The notes under the pieces: generated by a model
What the model saw: the letters and a program-made list of their open reading frames with translations, nothing else
What the model was told of the DNA's origin: nothing
Databases searched by the model: none
Assembly: GCA_047495785.1 (NCBI GenBank)
Contig: JBLDXI010000024.1
Location: 2,604,001-2,668,000, forward strand
DNA length: 64,000 nucleotides
From: Lepidodermella squamata
Lineage: Eukaryota; Animalia; Gastrotricha
Direction: 5' to 3'
Program-made: the position numbers and the translations under genes
Part shown: positions 34,521 through 48,000 of the stretch, piece after piece
Position numbering within the stretch: the first letter of the stretch is position 1
Layout of the letters: every line of letters begins with the position of its first letter

Positions 34521-37335
34521 GACTCAGCTAATGTCATCGAACCTTTATTTTCTTTTCGCGTACCATTTTGACTTAAAGCGTCGGAAATACAAAAATCGCA
34601 AGGAAAGTAAATTAAACCATCGGAATGACTTGTTTTGATTTATTTCATCGGAACACGCGACTAATGTATCGTAACACTACCTTAAACCGTCGGAATTCGC
34701 GCTAAATTGAAGCAGCAATGAACGATTTATTAAACATTAATTTATTCTCCCATTTTTCATCATTCGAAACATGAATTTTTTGAAATTGTACGAATCTGAC
34801 GGAAGTGTAGAGGAATTTGAGGACTCCGACGAGGCTATCGATGGGCAGTCGGTCGAGAATCAAGATCAGGACTGGGATGAAGATGACCCTGCTCTGGTTG
34901 ACGATGAAAATGACTTTATTGCCGACCCGAAGCCGACAGATGAATTTGAGTTTGATTTGTTCGAAACTTTGCCATTCGGCATTACATTCCATGAAGCCAA
35001 GGACTTTGTCAAGCGGAACTACAGCATTCTCTGGATTGACACTACGAAGAGCGGTTTCAACAAGCAAACATGCTATTACGTCTGTAAGCATCGGAAGTCT
35101 GGCTCAAAGGATTGCCCCCATCGGGGTGTACTCAAATGGTCTCCTGACCAAGCCGTGTTTTCGTGTGGCGGCGCTCATGTGCATCCAACCAATTCGACAC
35201 GCGTGTTAACAGCCGAGGTGAGGCGATATGTGCTGGATCATATCAATGATCCACCCAAGTACATCAGGGAGCGGCTCATCAAAGACAATCCAAAGCTGAC
35301 AACGAGGCAAGTCGCCAATTTGAAGCAACAGTTGAAGAGAAAACATCGAATGGCAACTGTTGGTCCTGACGCGCTTTCAAGCTCTTTCGGAACAGCCGAG
35401 CTTCGTGCCTGGTGCGAATCACGAACTCAGAAGCCTGTCGATGACAAACAACCTTATGTCGTCCACTACGAAGTCGAGGAATCGCTGGCTAACAAGGATA
35501 GGAAACCGTTCTGGGCAGTTGTCATTAGCTGCACGTTCCTCCTTAATCTTCTGGCCGTCGCTAGAAGTTTCCAAATCGATGCCACGCACAAGGTAATCCA
35601 GGGTGGCCACAAGGTCTTTATTGGCGGCTCAAGTGACAAAAACCGCAAGTTTCACCCCATTTTACTCGGAGTTGCGAGCAACGAAAACGGCAGAGCATAC
35701 GAGGTCATTTTTCGTAGTTTGAGAAAGTTTATGCCCCTTTATCTTCCGATGGCGGTAATGGCAGATGGCGCGGGCTATATTACTACTGCAATCGAAACAA
35801 TCTTTGGCAAGGGAGCAGTGCTACGATTGATGTGCTATTTTCATGTGAAGTTCAACGCGCGGAAATGGTTTGGGCGTAAGTAATTTGCCTCTTTCCGACG
35901 GTCGTAAGACAATTTTACCTTTGTTTACAGAGAGTCGGATCAAATTGTGGTACAAGGTGCACGACCTACTAACGCTCGTTCAGCTCGCATTGTCACGCCC
36001 TGAGGTAATTCCGACGGTGTTAAGATATTCCGAAATTAAAAAATTTTCATTTTTAGTTTTTGCTGTTGTGGCAGCTTGCCAAGGATGAGATGGCGGCCAG
36101 CGATCACGCCGATGTTTATGCTGAGTTCGTCGCTTATTTCGAGCCAATATACATTTTCGGGCCTCTTGCTAACTGGTTCGAGGGGGCTTCAGAGTTTTGC
36201 TGCACTAATAACGGCAACGAATCCCTCAACAACGTTACCAAAAACGAGCAGACTCATCGATTGATTCACGCCCTGACCGCATTCTTGGCAAAAACCGACA
36301 ACGTCATTTCGAGTTGGGTTGTTAATTCAGAACCGTTCGCAACGTCAGCCGCGATAACGGACCGCCTTAAAAAAGAAGGTTACCAGCTGTTTTTACGTTT
36401 CACTCAGTGCTTCGAAGAAGTCGGTCCCTCATCATGGCTCGTTATGAAACCTGGCTGGCAGGTCAACAGTGTTGTTTCTGAAGCGCGAACGACAGCCTTG
36501 TGGACGAGTTTGGCCCAATTTGAATGTTCGATTGACTTCTGTTCACTGATCACTGCCGAGCCAAATCTTATCAGCTGTACGTGCCGCTTAGGTTCCAAGA
36601 AAATTCCGTGCGAGCATGTTGTAGCTCTCGGTCACAAGCTGGATTCGAAACCGATTGATAAACATCTTCAGTCGATTCCGCTGGTGCTGCGCGGTAACCC
36701 TCGGGGTAGGCCGCCTCGCCACGGTCGTGCGCTGGAATTCGCTAAGCAGGTTGGCATGGCTCCTGAAACAGCTACTGAAGCCACTTTTCCTGCTGGTCCT
36801 CCTGAAACCGAACCGATTGGTCGAGGCTCTAGAGCACGAGGTCGCGGCCGTGGACGTGGTCGAGGACAAGCCACCACAGTGGAGCAACTACCCGCTGTTG
36901 TTCGAGGAAGAGGTCGCGGGCGGCCCCGAGGCCGTGGATCAGGACGAGGACAGGGATCAGTTGATTTGCTGGCAGTTGAAGATGCTCCGATTGCCGCTAC
37001 AGCAGCGATGACACGAAGCCGAGGTCGCGGTCGTGGACGCGGGGTGGAGCTTCCAGAAGAGCTGGTTGCTCCGGCGGTTGCTCGCGGCCGTGGCGCGGGT
37101 CGCCGACGGGGGCGGGGACGTTCTTAATTAAGTCTTAATTTGCGACTCTTTGAAAGTTACTTATTTGATCGAACATAATGTCTTAACACATCGGAAAATA
37201 AGAATAAATATAAAGGCGACTTTTCCGATGCTTATTATTTAAAATATAAAAATTGAATATTCCGATGGTTCCGACGCTTTAAGTTAAAATGGTTCGAGAA
37301 AAGAAAATAAAAGTTCGCGGGTTTCATGTTACTTC
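34521..37335 (+). mobile_element. Mutator-like element (MULE), 2815 bp, apparently autonomous
   Basis: 9-bp TSD GTAGCGAGG (34512-34520, 37336-37344), GA..TC termini, ~47-bp subterminal inverted repeat CGAACYTTTATTTTCTTTTC..ACTTAAAGCGTCGGAA, internal transposase. Confidence 0.85.
34771..37127 (+). CDS. MULE DDE transposase with SWIM finger and RG/AT-hook tail (749 aa; exons 34771-35875, 35931-36004, 36057-37127)
   Basis: IDATHK, MADGA, CYFH, TNNGNES, SWIM CTC..PCEH, RGRP motifs. The two GT-AG introns give an uninterrupted 2250-nt frame. Confidence 0.9.
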
Positions 37336-39038
37336 GTAGCGAGGGATTGCTCTTATCGGGGTTGCTTATATCGAGGGAGCACTGTACTTGGGAAAAATTC
37401 TGAGACTCAAGTCCTATTAAGAGATCTAACGCTGTAAAATAAAAATTCCTAGGGAGAGAAAGGGACACCTATTGTTACGAAACAAAGCTGGACACAAGAC
37501 CACGTCGCCTCATCATTCCTTCTCATTACTTAATTTTTGTCTCTAAAATCGAGGAGATATCTTTCTTGAGATCTGAATTTGAGATTTTGTTGCTCTAACC
37601 TCTGATTTTTCGGCAATTGGCGTGGTGATGGGGATTTCAAGGTGCATTCAGTTAATACCGCAGTGCGCGCTGATTTCGCTTCAGGTTAATTACTGAATTT
37701 ATGAATTTTAACCTAATTTCTTTTGATTTCGGTCGATTTGGCTCAAATATTGCGCTCATTTATGGCTCGTTTACTGTCAATCGGCGAAGAAGAATGAAGC
37801 ATGAAGGGCGCTGAATTTGTCTTGCACTGCAGCCGATATCGATTATTTCAAATTCGATGAAGATTGAAATCATCGCAAGCCAACTGGGGCTAATGAAGCT
37901 AAAACTTTGAACATCAAAATTGACCGAACAAAAACGTCTCAAACATGATAATAGTCTCATTGTTTTCGTTTTCTGCCTAACTACACCTTTTTGATTTGCG
38001 TGTTCATTGATTTGCAGAGCAAATTTGAAAGCCTTGAGGGTCACGTGCGCATTTATTGTTCAGACTTTCACACAGTTCTCATTTCTCGGCACGAAAAGAT
38101 TGGCACGGACCACGGACAACCAAGGCCATTGAAATTCGCTTTGCTAATAATGCTATTGAGTTTGTAGTTATACCTAAACGTAAATAATACTCCATTTGAC
38201 TATATAACTCATATTTTCGGACTTAATAAAAAATTGAAATTGTTCAAATTTTGAAATTGAGTTTGAACCGGTGGGGCAGGGGGCAGGAGAGAAATATATA
38301 ATATTCAACGCTCATAAATAATATAAATATTCAGCGCATGCATTATTTTAAAAATTCAGCGTTTCACGATATTTCTTGAAAATATCTACCGCTTAAATTT
38401 GTTAGATCGGTCCGAAAAGTTTCAGCGTTAAATATGAATCTGTTCCTGCGGTGCGTTTTCTAATGGTCTGGACCGTTGATATAAAGTAAGAGTGTGGGAC
38501 ACGCTGTATTAGCGTTAGATGCCAATTTCACAAATTTTCACAAAATTATTCGGAAATTGCCCTGAACGATTTTAAAATGCGGTATCTTACCAAGTTTATT
38601 AATTTAATTTAATCTATTAATTAATGATTTTTAATTTTTAAATGCGAACGCTGAACCTGAAAATGAAGTATTGCACAACAACAAAGCAATTACCGGCAAT
38701 AACAGCGAAAATAAAGGAAGCGAAAATAAAAGTCCCTATAGCTACGAATTCAATTAACAGAATAACTTCCGCACCCCATGTCACCACACCCCCTTCAACA
38801 CCCTGACAACACCATGGCCGCTAATTAAAACGCAACCTAGCTGCCGTGCAGTCGAAATCATTGCAATAATATTTTTCAAAGTTCACATATCGCGTGCAAA
38901 TTCTAACGAAATAATGGGACATGTTGTAGTTGAATCACCGTCTCAACTATTGTTACCGTGAAATCGAACCGAGTAGCGTTTGAAGAGGGCGTAATATCGT
39001 GTTTCATAATAATAATAATATAATTACGCCATCGAACC

Positions 39039-42000
39039 ATGCTGACGAAAAATATCAAATCGAAATTGGCGACAATAAAGGCGTTTTCTTCGTCAAGTTC
39101 GATGGATGTCGACGACAAGTCGCAACAAGCGAAACGTGCAGAAGAGGTACTTTCGAAACGTTGCATTCTCAACTGTATTGGTTATATTGTTTTAATGAAA
39201 ACGTGATAATTCAATTATATTTGCTATAGGCAAATCGAGCCGCTGCGATGGCGAAACCGCAGGTTAAAAAATTCCCGCGAGATGAAAGGCGAATCACAGA
39301 TATGGTTTGTATTTATTTTTAATTTTTTTTAAATTGTTCAATATTTATGAAATTTAACAGAAAGATGAGCGTTACAAGTATGTTATCACCATTACATGCC
39401 TTATTACCGGCCTCGACCCAGACACTGTCGAGAATTTTTTCGCGTAATTTTTAAAAATTTTCCTAATTTTCGCGAATTTTAATTTTTCTTCATTTGATGA
39501 AGGTGTGATGAGAATTTTTATCAGATGGAAGAATTTATGAATGCGCGACGTGATCGGCGATTTGTGACGCTCTTCTACCAAGACGCGGTCGAAGTGGAAC
39601 CGATCACGCCAGAGGGCAAACGGCTTTTCATCGCTAACTGCTCCAGTGATGTGAGTCCTCAATAGTTTTGATTTTTTTTCATATAAAATTAAAAAAAAAA
39701 TTAAAATTTATTTTCAAGTTCCAAAATAATTTAAAAAAAATTCTGCTGAAAACATTCGATTTTCCAGAAATTTCTAGAATTGTCTAGAATGTCCTCAAAA
39801 GTTTTGATTTTATTCAAATAAAATTCCAAAAAATTTCAAGTTGAAAATGATTTAGAATAATTCTGCTGAAAATTTGTAAATTTTAATTATTTTATAATTT
39901 TTAATTTCATTGGGGAAATTTCAAAAAATTTTATAATTTTTTTAAATATTTTCACAATTTTTAGCCACTCACTGGTGTAGTCATCGCATTCTCGCGATCT
40001 TCCCAAAGCGACGATTTGAAACCAATTGTAGCCGTTAATTTACCGCAAGAAATCGCTACGTCAACATTCGACGTGTCAAAATCAACTATCCTAACGACAT
40101 TCGCCGACGTTTTAAAGCGGCAAATGTTACCGTCCCTTCGCGGGCTCGACGACTGGGGCCAATTGTCCCGCGACGGTCACGAGGATTTCCTGCTCCAACT
40201 CGATAAATTCGTCCAAATCCTGCAATCAGCCGAGGATGGAATTCGTGGGAAAACATCCCTCGCAAAAGTTGGCAATGCCGAAAACATCGAGGCGGCGAAA
40301 ACTCCGTCTGAATGCGTGCGACTCGCCGGGAATCCTGACGTAGTCGCGGATTTCGAGCAAGTCATCGACGTCTGGCTCGGGCAGATCGAGCAAGTCCTAA
40401 CTGAATCTGACCAAATGCGGCGAGAAGCCCACGACGCCGGCCCATCGGCTGAACTCATCTATTGGAAGGCTAGACTAGCGAAATTCGCGAATTTAATCGA
40501 GGAAATTCGATCGCCGCGTTGCCAGGCCGTTATTCGACTGCTCCACGTCGCCAAGTCGCGGAAAGTCGTGAAATTCCGCGAACTCGACGGCCGAGTTACT
40601 GTGGCGATGAATGAGGCTAAGGATAACGTGAAATACCTCTACACCCTGGACAGTTTTATGTCCCAACTGGCGAGATGTGGCCCGGTTCAAATGATTGAAC
40701 ACCTGCCGGGTATGATGAATGCTATCGGGATGATTTACGCGGTTTCGCAGTACTACAACACAAGCGATCGAATGACGAGTTTGTTCGTGAAAATTACGAA
40801 TCAGATGATTCGAAGTTGTAAGAATTACATCATGGGCGATGCGAGTAAAATTTGGGACATTGAACGTGTTGTCCTGATTGAGCGGGCGGAGGATTGTTGT
40901 AAGCTGAATGCAAAGTATCAGGAGACTTTTCAACGGGCGAAAGCGCGGCTGTTGGCTTCGAATACAGAGCGGCAGTTCGAATTCAGCGAAAACTACGGTA
41001 TGTTTTACTGTTTGAAGTTTGGAATTTCGAAATTAATAGCTGATTTACTAAAATGGAGGTCCGGATACGATCCAGAAGCCTCGATTTGGAAGAGTGAAAT
41101 GCCAGATGTACTCTTTGGCAGATTTTATTTCTGTTAATAAAAACAGAAGGCTACCGTAAGTGTAGTTATTTTAGACAAAAGCATGGTTTTCAGCTCTGGA
41201 AAATTTTACAAAAATTTTACAAAAATTTGAAAATATCAGGGCCCACTTCCCATTCCTGTGTAAAATTTGGTAATTTCCCCATGTTACCTTGATTTTATAA
41301 GATTTTATAAGAATAGTGCGTGCTTAGGCTAAATTTGGACACTTATGGGGTAATTTTGGACACCTCATTAGCATATTCATAATCGTCGGAATGCGTGCAG
41401 AACTTGAAGCTTTTCTTGAAATTCTGAAAAAATGCGCACATGGTGCCAAGAAATTAATGACGTCATTCAAACACGATTCAAATTATGTTTTCCCGCTATT
41501 TTTAGCTCAACGCATTTATCATGTCCAAAATTGCCCCAGCCTAAACTTTGAGCTCACCTGTACAAAATCCCCAGCGCCAAATGTCCCGCATTTTTTACAA
41601 CTCGACAGTTCATAGTGTCAACGCTGCTGGTAAATTTTTTCAGAGCAATCCGCTTTCAGGTTGACCGGGAATAAAGGGGGTCCCACATCGACGTATTGAG
41701 ACATCCCACCTTTCAATTTATTTTAAAAACAGGCAAATTTCAGAATAGCTTCAATTTGGTACCGTTGGAAAGCCCGTCTTTCAGGGCACCTCTAGATTTT
41801 AATGGGAATTTTTTCAACCTCACTGATAGAACACGCACTTACGCGTAGAAGTTGTTTTGTCCTAATATAGCCTGTCCAAAATTAACCAGTGTTACGGTAC
41901 GATCCGCAGAAAAGTAGTTTATTGTTAAAACAATGATCCGACTGATACTAAGTAACAGTTTGCCTATAGACACGGGTATTTACATTTAATTCTTTCTGTA

Positions 42001-45000
42001 CAAATGATTATTTATGATTTTGCATGAGTCTTTTATCGTTGAAATGACGATGTCGCACATGAGTGACTGCGGTAGTTCGAGACGTTTTGCGAAGTCGCGG
42101 AAGAACTTGGTGATGGTACCACGGGCTCCAACGAAGAGACCGATTACTTCGAGGGAAGTTAGATTGTATCTTTCCTTGAAGTATTCTGCGCAAGGCTCGT
42201 AGTGTGCCCGTTTTTCTTTGTCGACTTCCAGGGCTTGATCTGGGCTTTTTTCGAAGCGGATGGTAGGGTCCAAGATCCACCCTTCTCTCGTGTTTTTAAA
42301 ACGACGCCTATTAATCCGTGTCCTGCCAAATAGTAGCGGTCTTCCAAATCGAGGCTTCTGGATCGTATCCGGATCAAAATGGAAATTAATATTCTGAATC
42401 TCAACTTTTCAAATACATTTCAAAGCGACCTGCTTCTCGACTCTAGAATTTATATTATGTAATTTTAACGAGCTCGAAATTCAAAGGAATTGGAGGAAAT
42501 ATTCCGAGTACCTCAGTTAAAATCGACTACATTTTATACATTAATAAAAGTAGGTATACATTTTTGCAAATATTTTCTTGCGACATCTACCGCATCATCA
42601 TATATTCGCGCACGCGCAATTAAAAGCTTCAGTCCGCAGCTAATATTTTATAATATTTATTAAGCAGTGCGCGCATCATCACGCATAATAAAACGGCGCA
42701 TCAGCTGAATAAATTTCGGACCTTAGCTCATGGTAATATTGACCGTCTAGTTTCACCGAGCAGCCCTTGTGGCCTAATGGCAAGGCGTCGGCCTCCTAAG
42801 CCGAAGATTGCGGGTTCGAGTCCCGCCGGGGGTGCAATATTTTTAGGGTTTCTCTACATTTTTTCAAAATTCGAAGTGACTAAAAAATTCAAGAAACCGA
42901 TAAACGAATTTCTTCCGCGTCGGAAATTGGTTGCTAACATAGTGAAAAATGGCCGATTTTATATACCTGAACTGAACTGATTTTTGCTACATTAAATAAA
43001 ACCCATATTCTTTCCCTCGTATCGCGAAAGTGATATTATGCGATTTCCACTGCTATTAAGTTGAAAACGCGGGATAAAAGCGGGATAATAATTGCCTCCC
43101 TTGAATAAAAGCCCCATTGAATTATTGCACAATTTCCACTAGTAGTAGCCCTGGCTATTATTCGATGAAACACGGTAGTAGAGCGTAGAGCGCTTTTTAC
43201 GTTCAATCATTCGATATACTATTTATTTTGAAATTGAATGCTAATTCAGGGTGATTCAAACAGCCCTTGTGGCCTAATGGCAAGGCGTCGGCCTCCTAAG
43301 CCGAAGATTGCGGGTTCGAGTCCCGCCGGGGGTGCAATATTTTTTCTAATTTATCACGATTTTTAATGTAAAAGTCGAAGTAGGGTGACTACAAAAAGTA
43401 TTTCGCCCCTGGTGGGACTCGAACCCACAATCTTTGAATTAGAAGTCCAACGCCTTGCCATTAGGCCACAAGGGCTGTTCAGATGATACATTCTGTACCT
43501 GAAATTTCAAAAATTCCACCTTAATGTTTTCAGTTTTCGGAAAATTTGACGCGTTCTGCATTCGCCTGAACAACGTCCTGTCCCTAATCAACACAATCGC
43601 ATGCTACTCAACACTAGGCAACGTCAAACTCGAAGGACTCGATCCTATCATCAACAAATTCAAAACCGTAGCCGAGGCGATGAGGCGTAAAACCTACGAT
43701 TTTCTAGACGTGCGAAAAACCGACGAATTCGACGCCGACTACGCCGATTTCCAGCGCCAGATCGACGCTATCAATGCCCAACTACAAAAATACGTCGACA
43801 ACTGGTTCGACAAGCCGTTGAGTGTTGAAAAATTTGTTCAACTCCTCGAAAAATTCGAAACACTACAAGGCATTCAAATTAATTTAAAGGATAAATATTC
43901 GCGAATTTTGCAGCAATTCGCTCGAGATTTGGATAATGTTCGAAAAATCTACCAGAAAAATCGACTCACCCCACCGGCGAGTCGAAACCTGCCGCCTGTC
44001 GCGTCGAAAATCGCCTGGGCCCGGCAGTTGTACATGTCAATCGAGGGGCCGATGAACCTACTCAAGGGCCGCGAGTCGTTAATTAAAGCCCCCGAGGCGA
44101 AAAAGGTCATTTCGCAATACAACAAAATCGCAGCTGTGATTACGCAATTCGAAATGCAGTACCACCAATTTTGGAGCGAGGCGGTCGATGCTGGTCTCAT
44201 CGGGCTAGCTGCGACTATATTCGTCCAACACCCGAGTACTGGGCAGATTTTCGTCAATTTTGACCCAAGGCTGTTGGAGCTATTCGAAGAAACTCGATTT
44301 ATGATAAAAATGAGGCTGAAAATTCCGCCAGCAGCCGAGGCGATTAGTACCAAAGCGACTCAGTTTAAACAATGGAAAAATGAATTTGAAGAAATTTTGC
44401 GGAGTTTTGAGAAGATTAAATCGCGAATTCCGACTATTCTCGGCCCTGTTACCAAGGTTATCAGGTCGAAATTTGAGAAAATGTTGGAGCCTGGACTACT
44501 GACTGTTACCTGGCGATCCGTTGCGATTGAGACGTTCATCAAGCAGTGCCATCAGGGTTTGAAGGAGTTCAACGATTTAGTCACCCTGATTGACGATATT
44601 GTCGAGGTGAGGATTGAGGCGAGGCTGCGCGAGGTGGCTGAGATGCCGCTGATTGAAATGCCGACGGAAGAACCGGCTGCTGTGGCTGATTTTGTATCGC
44701 AGACCGAGGAACGAGCGGCGGAAATGGCGTTGGAGATCAATTCGATCAATCGACAGGTTGAGACGTCGGTTTTGGAGCTGATCTCACTGTTGCGGAGCTT
44801 GAGCCCGGCGGCTGATTTGCATCGAAGTCACGCTAATGGGTACTTCATCTGCCGTATTGTGGCTCGGGAAATGTCGGCAATTGCCCATCGAAGGTGAGCA
44901 ACTTTGGCGAAAAGGGCTTATAATAGAATTCGAGGGTTAGGACTTCATGGGCGCTGCTAGTGTAACGGTATCATACAAGATTCCCATTCTTGTGACCCGG

Positions 45001-48000
45001 GTTCGACTCCCGGGCGGCGCATATAATTTTTATCGAAGCATGCGAAACAAATTATTGCCCTTTCAAAATGTAACAAATGTTTAATCTCAAAAATTCGTTA
45101 CGAACCAATTTCATAAAGTATGTGAAGGTTTATGTCATGTGACAAAATCTGAATTAATTTTTTCATTAGATTAGGAACCTTCAAAACCATAGAGGAATTC
45201 ACGTTCAAAACGCAAGCAACCTGTCACATTTAGTATTTCAATTATTTTTAAACTACATTTTTAAACGAATTTCTTTCCTGGGGAAATCCAAGTGAAATAT
45301 TTGCTTTGCCATTTCAGATGCATTCAAAATTTTGTTAGGTATCTGTTAGGTTTCTCAGATCAATAACAATCATCCCAATTTCGAAATTCGAATTTGTTGA
45401 AAAATAAAATTCCGCTCACTAGTGATCAGATAACATTCTGAATTCAATGCTGAAATTCTGTGAAAAATTAAAATAATTTGTGTGTTTAATTTTCTAATTT
45501 TTGAAAGAATTCAAATGAATTTGAACGACAAGATATTGAACAGCCCTTGTGGCCTAATGGCAAGGCGTTGGACTTCTAATTCAAAGATTGTGGGTTCGAG
45601 TCCCACCAGGGGCGAAATACTTTTTGTGGTCACCCTACTTCGATTTTGCATTAAAAAATCGCGAAAGATTCGAAAAAATATTGCACCCCCGGCGGGACTC
45701 GAACCCGCAATCTTCGGCTTAGGAGGCCGACGCCTTGCCATTAGGCCACAAGGGCTGCTTGAATCACCCTGCATTAAGATTTTATTTAGAAAATATGAAA
45801 AATCTGCTCAAATTACTCAAAATTATGAAGGAATTGGACCCTGCCAATCATTAAAATGATGCAATTTTTATTATTCTTAAATAATTCAACCCTAATTTCA
45901 CGGACGAAATTACAGCGATAAAGCAAATGAACGTGGGGAATTAGTGGCTAAATTATTCAAGGTTAGGCAGACATGTTTTACTACGCTAAAATTTAGGCAA
46001 AAATAGGAAAAATTTCTGAAATTTACCGGATAAACAGAAATCACCTGGAAAGATTTACAGGATTCTATGAAATTTCTCTCAATTTTTAGATTTATTTTCG
46101 ATTTAAACAAGTTATGTAAATCTAAAAATCCGGCTAATTTTTAGTTTTAGTTTTTGATTTTTGAAATTCGGATTTATTGTTGAATTGACTTGCAATGAAT
46201 TTTGATTTTTAATTTTCAAGAAACAACCATCTCACCCACCTCGGAGCCAGTCAACTGAATCTGCCAAAACCAGGCAGTGCTACGGCAAGTGGCGGCCTGT
46301 CGCCGCGCGAAGGCTCAACGCCCGGCCCAAGCGACGGCGCCGAAGCGAAACCGCGCACAACGCAACGCTGCGGCGAGTGTGAAAACTGCATTTTCTTCTC
46401 CATCATGAGCCAATTCACGCAGCAAAAAACCGACGCGCTCATCCGATGCGCCGCCCTCGCCCTCGATAGCCTACGCCGGCGACTTCAGGTTCAACAGGAC
46501 TTCTACGGCAACGTGAAGGAAGGCTTCAAAATGCAACCAGTCTTCGCCGTAGACCTCACGCTTAGCATACCGAACATAGTCCTAAAGCCGAGCCTTGAGG
46601 AGATTCAACAAGCTGTATCGAAACTTACCCAACTAATCCTGAAGGTCCCGCATTCAGTCGCGCTATGGCAGCACCAGGTTCAGCAATTTCTAGCCCTTTT
46701 AAACCGGGATCCTAGCGAACTTGAGGGTGATGCCGTTCTGGCTGAGCAGCTTCAAAATCTTCACGCTCGCCAGATCAGCGACCATAAGGACGTGTTCCGC
46801 CATCTAGGCACCCTGCAGGTCATTATCAGCGCGAATCGTAATGAGGTCGATAAGGTCATTAAATCCTTAGACGTGCATTCCGACCTCTGGAGCCAAGAAC
46901 CAGCCGCAGGGGTTGCGGAGTACGAAGCTAATAAAGCCTCATATGGCGAGTACGAATCCGTCATCAAAATGTACCACGCTAGGGAGGCAACCCTAGACGA
47001 GATTCGAGCGTCCTTTCAATGTGGGCCTTTAGTCCTATTAACTGAAAAACTCCGCCTAGCCCTCGTCCAAGAAGCTAGGGCTTGGAAAATCGCGTTTTCT
47101 AAGGCGTTGAATGACAAAGCTGGTCGTCAAATGACGGATCTATTCACGTTTTTCGACTCGACTATGGTCAAATTACAACGGCCTATTAAGGATCTGGATG
47201 ATATCCGAGGCGCTATGGCTGCTTTGAAGGAGGTTCGAGATAACGAAATCTATGTCGATATGACGATTCGCCCCATTGAAGAGGCCTATGCCTTACTCAA
47301 CAAACTCGAGCTGGTATTTTCGGACGGGAATGCGGAACGGGTTGATTCTCTAGGCTACGGCTGGCGGAAGATTAGGAAGCTGACTTCAGAGGTTGGCGAT
47401 GTGTTGCTTGAGGTTCAGCCTCAGTTCAAAACTGAACTCATCGCCGGGATTAAGTCGTATGCTGATTCTGTTAAAGGCTACGTCCAGCGTTACGAAACTG
47501 CTGGGCCGATGGAGCCCGGGATTCCGCCGCGAGTTGCCTCTGAGCGAATGTCGATTTTCCAATCGGATTTTGACGATCTGTGGGGGAAGTTCATTTCCTA
47601 CAGCGGCGGGGAGGAGTTGTTTGGGCTGACAGTTACGCCGTATCCTGAGCTTCAGAAGATAAAGCGAGAACTTGGATTGCTTCAAAAGCTTTATCAGCTG
47701 TATAATCAAGTGTTGGAGTCGGTGAATGGGTACTACGACATTTGCTGGCAGGATTTGAATATTGATAAGATCAATACGGAGTTGACGGAATTTCAAAATC
47801 GCTGCCGCAAGTTGCCGAAAGCTCTGAAGGAGTGGAAGGCCTACGACACCCTTTCAAAGATGGTCAACGATTTCAGCGAGACGTGTCCACTGATGGAGCT
47901 GATGAGCAATAAAGCGGTACATTATCATTCTACAATTTTCGATTTTTATGTTTTGAGAATAAAAGCACATTTCACATTTCTGTTGCGTTTTTGTTACCTA

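Larger units (their letters stand above)
33300..37384. mobile_element. Tc1/mariner (pogo-like) non-autonomous element interrupted by a MULE
   Basis: Perfect 23-bp TIRs CAGTGCTCCCTCGATATAAGCAA, TA on both sides, subterminal TTGCTCTTATC repeats. Confidence 0.85.

Noticed and set aside
33300-37384. Novel chimeric transposon: MULE transposase using Tc1/pogo TIRs with TA TSD
   Set aside because: An internal 9-bp TSD and separate subterminal inverted repeats show a simple nested insertion.
45482-45859. ORFs such as [16 protein letters not shown] recurring at 42777, 45511, 48344, 53707
   Set aside because: They are translations of tRNA genes.
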